A stretch of DNA of 64,000 bases, taken from positions 10,888 to 74,887 of the forward strand of contig CAVTET010000015.1 in NCBI GenBank assembly GCA_963733675.1, read 5' to 3'. The notes beneath the pieces were generated by a model that was not told where the DNA came from, made no database searches, and worked only from the letters and a program-made list of their open reading frames with translations. Source of the stretch: an uncultured Methanosarcinaceae archaeon (GTDB lineage: Archaea > Halobacteriota > Methanosarcinia > Methanosarcinales > Methanosarcinaceae). Below are positions 56,601 through 64,000 of this stretch, piece after piece (positions within the stretch are counted from its first letter, which is position 1; every line of letters begins with the position of its first letter). The position numbers were made by a program, and so were the translations under genes.

Positions 56601-56685
56601 CCTTCAATCCCTTTCCTAAAATTAAATTTACTCTATCTACACCAAATCGGAAAAGAAACCTTTCATTACATATAAGTATATTCAT
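53626..56685 (-). CDS. Multidomain glycosyltransferase: two GT4 domains plus C-terminal class I SAM-methyltransferase-like domain
   Basis: SLWEGFNLPIAE and STLEPRKNH...YPSIIEGFGMPILES GT4 motifs; IEVGTYGGGS..LDID..INGDH methyltransferase-like motifs. Confidence 0.88.
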   Translation of the reverse strand: MNILICNERFLFRFGVDRVNLILGKGLKDLGHTVSFMANKYDKNVVESIASQIIEIPTLEDDYLNSNEYTVKWLEQNWNKHFIANGKPDVVLINGWPFFSAIDFFNKIGIKTIFIDHGAVPLEGFSGGAKNVQEKLRRLRKQFLPDASLIIGISEFMVNSQSKIDVDNKVPTKTILWGADHIKMNVWDSNNLHLSKFSEYKTNLLKPLKFEGKKIILNLGRWEPNCYKNSEASFDIMRQIMRFFPNCVLLILADSRDVEIPDDLQKSILPVGFPDDKELKKIMEEADIGISLSLWEGFNLPIAEMQILGRPVLAFNIGAHPEVIVHPWYLCKNNYEMAEKACDILREKGLDVNIKKDSLNKFMNYFKWERVISEYNVILEELISKNEIHKQEKISLIIDVTNAAKDPANSGVIRVTRRISREFQKYLDPIFVIWNSQDNCYVFPTIQEFQTLGQFNGPLLSNKDKISPVNDRIAFDDYLIQLGNEQTKWLLFTETLDESYGRLVRRYARAHDINLAAIFHDAIPLLFPEFCKDELIRNNHTSYMIGLVECDIVIPNSNYSSSCLDNFWKEHNIKGCALSPNLLPGEFSGFERTQRIRESISNKVSILCVSTLEPRKNHKKLINACLQIQEKHPELDWTLTLVGNRYVGASDIANYVQNISKQNSRIKWLGVVDDIILHELYEEAMFTVYPSIIEGFGMPILESIWHGKPCICYQEGVMSEIAAEGGCLTTDVLDENKLSDDIYRLATNKELLLKLSTEAVKRKIKTWEDYTLSFIHILQSHNPVMKFPVSQNQFIVSQNKRNLEDILYPDCLCKNWQMNHSERLALTALLSRLKPLCTIEVGTYGGGSLSLILQYSKMVFCLDIDPRIPGKFSNLKNVTFLIEPATTTLPILLQELDAENIPIEFVLINGDHSAESIKGAINCLLSYIPKKPLFVVLYDSFNPECRRSILEINWDNSLYVHHVDVDFVPGRLVENKATNHREMRGGLLLAYLKPEIRSFKLEIKQTVEGMYKQIFQCLE

Positions 56686-57686
56686 AAATTATCACTTAAT
56701 AGCTCACTTCAACTTTAAGTACTAAAATACAATCGAAGATATATTTATTGAGCTGATCCAAAATTCAAGATTTGATTTTTTGAATCTGGTGTTTTGAATG
56801 ACCAATTAAGTTTTGAATCATGAAATCAATTCTGAAATGGATTTTGATATCAACTCATTACAAACAACACATGAAATTGGTTGAACAAATTAAGCATTTG
56901 ATAAATTTTTAGCAAGAAATATTTAATTTGAACTGAAAGGTAAAAAGATAAAAAAGCTGAAAGTGCAATTATCTTTAACCTTATAGGATTCTCAAGTTTC
57001 ATTTTCTCCAATATTTACTACAGTGTAAATACGTCAAACATATATATAATTATTTAGCTGTTCTGGCTAGTGATCTATACTCGTAATTCTTTAATACATC
57101 TCTGTTTGATTTCTGGAGTTATGTGCTCTCTTTTAACTAATAAATAAATTTTAATCATTCCAAGTTGCACCAGCAAACCAGTGCGAAAGATCCCCATTCA
57201 GGACATTAGCTTGTCCAGTGAATTGTAACAGAAGTAACAATAAGGATTGCTAGCTTTAGGACACGAAGAAAAATTATGGTGGCACGAACCATGTTTGATT
57301 AAATTAGTGAAAGTTCAAGCAATTGCCACAATCAAGACTTAATCATGAAAACATCAACCTTGTGATGGTAGACTACCAATAGGTTTGGGGCAACCATTAT
57401 AGATCCATTACTAAAACTACACCTGATAATTTGTTTCAAAATTTGCCATCATTCTACACTCTGAATTTTGTATTAATACAATTCTTTTTTTCACAAAAAT
57501 GATACCGTAGTCACCTGTAGAATCTTTTAAACCTTGGATACAATCGAGGGTAGATATTTTATCATAAGAAACGAACTTATGCATTTGTGACACCAAATTA
57601 AGTACATTAGCTTTAAGAGTTTAAATATATGTTTAAGATAATTACTAGTTTAGTAATATTGATCTCTCGGTTCAATCGCATAGGTC

Positions 57687-58186
57687 CTAAATAAGTGTAT
57701 TGTCCGGATAGGCCAGCAGCAAGCCCAGCAGGCCGACATCGTGCAGCAGGCGGTATCGCCCAGTATTCATCGGCCCGAGCAGGAGCGCGCCAGTTCCTCG
57801 GTGAGCAGCGCGCAGGCCGGCGTGTCCCGCCAGCAGCGCGCCAGTTCCTCGATGTGCAGCACGGCGTTCATGTGATTGGCCGTGGCCACGGTCATGCTGA
57901 GCGACCGCACACGCCCCAGGCCCGACCACCAGGGCCGATTGCAGGCTGTCGATTTGCGCCCGGAATCCGAACAGGGGCGAGTTGGCGACACGCAGGATCT
58001 GTGCGGAGAAGGCGGGATCGCTGGAAATGAGCGCGACCAGTTCCCGGATCTCGACGTCGTCGCGCGCCAGCAGATCCAGCAATCGCAGCACGATAGGCGG
58101 AACGCGGGAATTCTGGCCAGCAGCCCTTTTCGGTCCGCTTTGTTTGGCTCACCGGAAATCGGGTCCGCGTTGGTTAAATCAGGCAA
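57687..58186 (-). CDS. HDOD-domain protein, N-terminal part (frameshifted, cut at the junction)
   Basis: LISSDPAFSAQILRVANSPLFG, LLHDVG motifs; GC-rich codon usage. Confidence 0.8.
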
Positions 58187-58199
58187 AAATCGGCGGAAT

Positions 58200-59014
58200 C
58201 CTCAGCTCCGCATTGTGGAAGGCGACCGTGGGCGCGTGCGCGTATGCGAACGCGGCTACGCCGAATATCGCCGTGCGCGCGCGGTGCGCGATCGCCAGGC
58301 GTGGGCCGCTTACGAAGCGTTCGAGCGGCGGAAATCCGCCATGGCGCAGGCTTCCGCGCGGCGCGAAGCGCTGGCCGCGCGCGTGGCGCAAGCGCCCGCC
58401 GAATACGCGGCGGTAAGGATCATTATGCCCGCAAGGCGGCCAAAGTTGCCCGCACCGCGCGTATCCTGCGCGAACGGGTTGCGGACGAACATCGCGTCGA
58501 GAAGCCCTGGCAGGAGACCACCATCGACGGCTTATCGTTCGAGCGGGTGGCGCGCTCCGGCGATCTCGTGCTGGTCGCGGAACGCCTGCAGGGATCCTAC
58601 GGCATGCGCGCGCTGTTCCGGGATCTCAGCTTCCACCTGCGCCGCGGCGGACGCCTGGTCATTCGGGGCGCCAACGGATCGGGCAAGACGACTCTGTTGA
58701 ATATCACCGGCGGGGCTCTACAGCCGGACGCCGGGATCCGTGCGCTTCGGCGCGAGCGTGGAACCGGCCACCAGCGTAGGATTTGGACACGCTCGATGCG
58801 CGCCTTTGGCCCGTCGAGATCTGCGGCGCGGATTCCGGCGCGCGCACCGAAGTGGCGTTGGCTCGCATCCTCAACAGCCGCGCTAATCTCCAGCTGCTCA
58901 ATCACCCACCGCTCGAACAGGCGCTGCAATTGTTCCGGCGCGGTGGTGGCCATCCCCCGCGACCTTATTTTCATCGAGGCGCTGGGCGAGGACGCGACCT
59001 TCATGGACCTGTGA
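58200..59014 (+). CDS. ABC-F-like ATPase fragment (frameshifted)
   Basis: LFRDLSFHLRRGGRLVIRGANGSGKTTLL; KAAKVARTARILRER..VEKPW linker. Confidence 0.6.
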
Positions 59015-59028
59015 TATCCTACAGCCGC

Positions 59029-59455
59029 ATGCCCGTCTTGCAGAAGAGCTTTCGCGTTTCCACGCGCGGCCATTCCGACGTGCTGGACATCACGGCGCAG
59101 GTGGAACGCATCGTGGCCGATAGCGGCGTGCGGCATGGCATTGTGAACATCGCCGGCGTGGGTTCAACGCTGGGCGTGGCTCATAGCCATCGAGTTTGAA
59201 TCGGGTTGCGTGGCGGACCTGCGGCGCGCGCTCGAGCAGATCGCTCCGGCGGACGCCGATTACGCGCACAACGCGCGTTGGGGCGATGGCAACGGCTACG
59301 CGCACCTGCGCAGCGCGCTGGTGGGTACGGCGCGCAGCTTTCCGGTGGTCGAAGGGCAGATCGGCACGGGCACCTGGCGGGCGCAGATCGTGTTATGCGA
59401 TTTCGACAATCGCGCGCGCGACCGCCAGGTGTTGGTGACGGTGGTTGGCGAATGA
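59029..59455 (+). CDS. YjbQ (UPF0047) family protein, frameshifted
   Basis: LDITAQV, GIVNI..GST, Y.HNARWGDGNGYAHLRSALVG, GTW..IVLCDFDNR. Confidence 0.85.
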
Positions 59456-59778
59456 AGGAGCGGCGCGGCGAACCGCGGCTGTGGTGTTCAGATCTGATCG
59501 AGGTGCGCATCGAGGGCGCGCAGCCGGAAAAGGTGACGGCAAATTTGGAGGATATTTCGCCTTCGGGAGCGTGCGTGCAGTTCGAGCGGGCGGTGGCGGT
59601 GGACCTCGGCTGAGCTTAAAGCTCGGGGCGGCACAAGTTTCGCGGGCAGGTGGCGCATTGCACGCGCCATGAGATCGGCTATTTCGTGGGAGTGCGGTCT
59701 GAGGCCGGGCAGAAGTGGTCGCGGAAGGTTTACGAGCCGAAACATCTGCTTGACCCCGCGCGGGTGGCGAAACAGTAA
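59452..59778 (+). CDS. PilZ-domain protein (frameshifted)
   Basis: ERRGEPR (RxxxR) and DISPSGA (DxSxxG) c-di-GMP motifs. Confidence 0.8.
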
Positions 59779-59784
59779 CGCGCT

Positions 59785-59869
59785 GTGGGGCAGGCTCGCA
59801 GCCTGCGCGGGCCTCGTAGGCCCGCTCTTCGGCGGACCCGCTTGGGACAGGCCCGGAGGCCTGTCCTAC
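59785..59869. repeat. REP-like palindrome cluster between convergent genes
   Basis: GTGGGG-CAGGCT(CGC)AGCCTG, GCGGGCCT(CGT)AGGCCCGC and GGACAGGCC(CGGA)GGCCTGTCC hairpins. Confidence 0.7.
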
Positions 59870-61417
59870 CGTGCCGCCATCAGCGCCCGCAAACGGCGCG
59901 CCCGTTCGGGTGCCCGCAGTTGCCGCAGCGCTTTGGCTTCAATCTGGCGGATGCGCTCGCGCGTGACATCGAACTCCTGCCCGATCTCCTCGAGCGTATG
60001 CTCCCGCTCGCAGCCGATGCCGAACCGCAGCCGGATCACTTTCTCCTCTTTCGGAGAAAGGGTCTTCAGGATGCCGGCGGTTTCGTCGCGGACATTGGTT
60101 TCGATCACTGCGTCCACCGGCGAACCTACCCAGCGGTCTTCGATCAGGTCGCCCAAGAGCCGATTCGCCATCCCGCCCAACCGGCGTTTCCAGCGAAACC
60201 GGGATCGCGCGAGATGGTCTTCAGCTTCTGCACCTTCTCAACCGGAATATCCATCCGCCGCCCAATTTCGTCATTTGTAGGAGTTCGGCCAAGTTCCTTC
60301 TCCAGCTCGCGCGAAGCGCGCAGGAACTTGTTCATGCTCTCGTTCATATGCACCGGAATGCGGATGGTGCGCGACTGGTCGGCAATGGCGCGCGTGATGG
60401 CTTGGCGGATCCACCACGTGGCGTACGTGGAGAACTTGTAGCCGCGCCGGTATTCGAACTTGTCGGCCGCGCGCATCAGGCCGATATTGCCCTCCTGGAT
60501 CAAGTCCAGCAGGTGAAGTCCGCGGTTTACGTACTTCTTGGCCACCGAAACCACCAGGCGGAGGTTGGCTTCCACCAAGTCCTTCTTGGCGCGCTCGGCT
60601 TCGGCTTCGCCGTGCCGGATTACGGTCAGGGTATGCTTCAGATCGGGCAGCGTGGCGCCCGCTACGGTCTCCCGCTTGCGGATCTCCTTCTTCAGATCCT
60701 TCAGCCGCTGTTGGATTTGCGGCTGTACCGGCGGCCTTCACTTCGATCTTCTTGACTTCGCGGTCCAGTTGGCCCAGTTCTTCGACGGCGCGCTCGATTT
60801 CCTTCGAGAATTCCTTCCACTTCAGCGAACGAAAGGGGATCGCGCGAATTCCCTGAGACACTTGCACCTTCGTCCGGTTCAAGCCGGTTGCACCAGCGCT
60901 TGCGCTGCCGCTTCATGTTCACCGGTACGGTCTCCAGCTTGTCGGTAACCTGCTGCAGCTTGCGGTACACCATAATCAGATCGGTGAACAATTTCAACAG
61001 ATCCGCACGCTTTTTCAGATCGGCAGGGGTGCCTTCTTCGACGTCGCCGACATCCACTACGTTGTCGATCTCGTCGGCGCCCTTCTTCAACTGCTCAGCC
61101 AATTCCACGACTACACGCTGTACCAAGGCCGAGCGGCTGATCGCCTTTTGCATGCGCAACTTACCGCGCTCCATGCGCCGCGCCAGATCCACTTCGCCTT
61201 CCCGCGTCAGCAGCGGAACCGCTCCCATTTCACGCAAATACACGCGTACCGGATCGTCGGTGTAGATGGACTCTTCCACCGGCGCGGGATGCAGAAAATC
61301 GGCTTCGTGGCCCGCCTCGGGGTCGAAAAACTTGGCATCTTCCTCAAAGTTGAGGCCCAAGGCTTCCGGATTATCTGCTAGAAATTGATCTTCGAATTGA
61401 TCCACCGTTCGACTCAC
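59866..61417 (-). CDS. RpoD-like sigma-70 factor (split by several indels)
   Basis: [103 protein letters not shown]. Confidence 0.9.
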
Positions 61418-61633
61418 CTCCCCTTATGCAGAACACCTCGGGAACACTGTCACTTGGTTAGATTCTGGGGCTCCTGAAAAGCTTCGGACTTGCCGCGCTT
61501 GCGGACGACCAAGCGCGTGGGCTAACTGCGCCTCGGGCACATCAACTGATGATAACACCGATCACCTGGAAATGTTAAGTCCTAATCTATAAAGATGTTT
61601 CAGAATCGTTTTGGTTACAATGCACCCGCGCTC

Positions 61634-62095
61634 CTACGGCACCTTGTGCCGCATGAGATTCTTCAACTCGTTAAAAAACGCCTCCTCGTCCTGAAAGTCG
61701 CGGTAAACCGACGCAAATCGCACGTAAGCGATTTTGTCCAGATCCCGCAAAGCCTCCATCAGCAATTCTCCTATTTCAATAGTAGAGATTTCCCGGTCGG
61801 CCGAGTCGGTGACCTTCGCCTCTACCTGGTTCACCAGCTCCGCCAGTCTCCCCATGCTTACCGGGCGCTTCTCGCAAGCCTTCAGTAGACCTGATAGTAC
61901 CTTCTGGCGCTCGAACTTCTCCCGTCGCCCATCTTTCTTGATGACCATGTACGGCACTTCGTCGATACGCTCATAGGTCGTGAATCGCCGTTCGCAACCC
62001 AAACATTGCCGCCGCCGCCGGATGGCATCGCCTTCCCGGCTCTCTCGCGAATCCACCACCTTATCTTCTATATGGTTGCAAAAAGGGCACTTCAT
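61634..62095 (-). CDS. nrdR: Transcriptional repressor NrdR
   Basis: MKCPFC..DKVVDSR..IRRRRQC..C.RRFTTYE, ATP cone, AYVRFASVY; true start ATG at 62095. Confidence 0.95.
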   Translation of the reverse strand: MKCPFCNHIEDKVVDSRESREGDAIRRRRQCLGCERRFTTYERIDEVPYMVIKKDGRREKFERQKVLSGLLKACEKRPVSMGRLAELVNQVEAKVTDSADREISTIEIGELLMEALRDLDKIAYVRFASVYRDFQDEEAFFNELKNLMRHKVP

Positions 62096-63135
62096 ATGGA
62101 AGCCTCTGGTTCCAATTGTCTCAAAGTCCGCCAGCGAACGCCTTCGTGCAGAGCCAACGCCATCCCAATAGGCACTACTACTACAAATGAAGTAAACCAA
62201 AGGACAAGCGCCACACTTGTAGAAACCTCCAACGGGATGCGGAATAGCTCCGTCAGCACCAGCACCGAAACCACCTGCATTCCACCGCCTACGCCGGGGA
62301 TCTGCACCACGCCGCCAAAAGCCAGAAAGCCCAGGAAAATCAGCACATCCAGCCACCCGAAGTGCAGCCGGTCGCCGAACGCGCGCATTACGCAATACAC
62401 GGTCAGCGCGATGGTGGCCCACTCGAAGATCGTGTACCAGACCACCAGCAGCATGGCCTTTTCGCTTCGGGTGGATTCCACTCCTTGTACGAAGGCCGTA
62501 ATCAGCCTGTCGGCTTTTTTGAAGTGCCGCTCGGGCAGGGCCGTCAGCGCATCCAGCAGTCGTTGCCGCATCGCCGCGGAAAAGTGCCGGAAGGCCGCGA
62601 GCAGACCCAGCACCACTACCGACAGTGCACCCACCAGCCACCCGCCCATAGCGAATACCCAGGAGAGCGCCGGTCCCAGCGCGCATCGGAACGCCGCACC
62701 CGGCTAAGCGCGAAGCCGAAAATGGCCAGTACAATCAGCACATCGTAGATCCGCTCCAGCAGCAGGGCGGCAATTTGTGAGGAAGTCGGCACTTTCTCCT
62801 TCATGGCGATCAGATATGGCCGTACGAACTCGCCCGGCCGTCCTAACATGGTGATGGCCGCGAAGCCGATCACCGTGGCGGAGAACAGGTTCCAAAGGCT
62901 CGGATGCGCCTTTACCGGCCGCATCAGCACGCGCCAGCGGAGTGCCCGGCCGAAATAGCCGGCCATAACGGCCCCGGCGGCCGCCAGCCAGCCACCACCA
63001 TTGTAGGGCCAGCAAGGTGGCGCCAAAGGCTCGCCAGTCGAATTTCCGGCTTTCGAGGAAAGGACGCACCAGCCAGATCCCCGCTGCCAGGCCCACCAGC
63101 GCCGAGCGCCAGCCACTTCCAGTTGCGCTTAATCG
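62092..63135 (-). CDS. Lysylphosphatidylglycerol-synthase TM (flippase-like) protein, frameshifted
   Basis: RALRW, GRPGEFVRPY, LLERIYD, IPGVGGG motifs over three ORFs. Confidence 0.8.
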
Positions 63136-63200
63136 GAACTCCTCATTTCCGCGAGAAACGAGCCTAACACGGATTGTGGGTGGTGGGTGGTGGCGAAGAC

Positions 63201-63420
63201 CGCTCCCTTACGGTCGCGGCTCGGGAACACGGCCGCGGCCCGGCAACAGCGGTAACGGCGGCTGCCCGAGCCGCGAACTGCATTTACTGAGCCGCGACCG
63301 TAAGGGAGTGCCCCATGGCGCCTGCGGCCCACCAAAGGTGATGAAGACGGGCGCGCCTGTGGGGTCAGGCTCGTAGCCTGCGCGGAGCTCATAGCTCCGC
63401 CCGGCGAGCGCAGCTCGTCT
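63201..63420. repeat. REP/BIME-like cluster
   Basis: Inverted pair CGCTCCCTTACGGTCGCGGCTC (63201-63222) and GAGCCGCGACCGTAAGGGAGTG (63289-63310); second REP type at 63359-63400 matches 59785-59826. Confidence 0.75.
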
Positions 63421-63533
63421 TCAACGAAGCGGTTTCCCCCCCGCCCCCTAGCATCCGGGAAAAAATGAACCTATCATGATAAAGCCTCGTTTCTTTAAAT
63501 GTAACGATTTCCGGAGGAGGAGACGAGGTAATC

Positions 63534-64000
63534 ATGGCGACCGCAGCCCTGGCGATGGTTTCGGGCGTTCCGTTTCAACAAAGAACGGACAGCGGCAGCC
63601 AATATTGGATAAAACAGAGTTTGGACCTCGATCACAGTCTGGTGGAGCGGTGTCTCAGCGGCGACGAAGCCGCCTGGGAGGAATTGGTCAGGACCCACAC
63701 CCGGCGCGTGTACGGGCTTTGTTATCGTTTTACCGGGAAAGATGGCGAAGCCCAGGATCTGACGCAGGAAGTTTTCCTGCGCGTCTACCGGACGCTGAAA
63801 ACGTTCCGGGCGACCGAGGGCGCATTTACTACGTGGCTGGCGCGTTTGACCCGCAACTTGCTGATCGATAATTACCGGCGTACCCGTCAGGAGCGTCTTA
63901 CAGATTGAATGAAGAGCAGTTGCCCCGGATTGAAGAATCGGTTTCAGCGGAATCCCAGCCGGATAGCAGGGTGGCCGGACGGGAAGCCAGCGAGATTTTG
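63534..64000 (+). CDS. ECF sigma factor (RpoE/SigW-like), running off the window; stop at 63908 probably an indel artefact
   Basis: GDEAAWEELV, AQDLTQEVFLRVY..L..F...F.TWL.R..RN..ID; coding-like sequence continues (EEQLPRIEES..PDSRVAGREASEIL). Confidence 0.85.

Noticed and set aside
1-64000. CRISPR array, tRNA, rRNA or SRP RNA (checked especially around rps8e and in long intergenic tracts)
   Set aside because: No regularly spaced repeats or recognisable structured RNA genes were seen by eye; a covariance-model scan would be needed to exclude small RNAs.

Overview
The window has three compositionally distinct parts. (1) About 1-57,690 is an AT-rich Methanosarcina-like archaeal chromosome. Housekeeping genes are intact (purL, cofD, ubiX, purH, lysA, rps8e, Lrp regulator, aminotransferase, NDP-sugar pyrophosphorylase). 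They are separated by long tracts of decayed pseudogenes and IS debris (two near-identical IS6 copies, IS5, IS200 and IS1634 remnants, and a ~89-bp IS5-derived MITE family). This part also holds a Ni-type ECF transporter that has lost its M subunit and a largely eroded surface-glycan locus. (2) About 32,745-35,995 is a higher-GC, alphaproteobacterial-style biotin cluster (decayed bioB 3' fragment, then intact bioF-bioD-bioA) embedded in the archaeal DNA next to a thi4 pseudogene and a Cdc6/Orc1-like remnant. (3) From about 57,690 to the end is a GC-rich bacterial segment resembling Acidobacteriota (HDOD, ABC-F, YjbQ, PilZ, RpoD-like sigma, nrdR, flippase-like protein, REPs, ECF sigma). It is full of single-base indels and is most likely a chimeric or concatenated low-accuracy contig. 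I saw no CRISPR array, rRNA or tRNA, and I cannot demonstrate a wholly new system. The best leads are the apparent bacterium-to-methanogen transfer of bioFDA with selective loss of bioB, the overall genome erosion, and an unannotated 37-aa C2H2 zinc-finger microprotein. All family assignments come from motif recognition by eye; no searches were run, and pseudogene boundaries are approximate.
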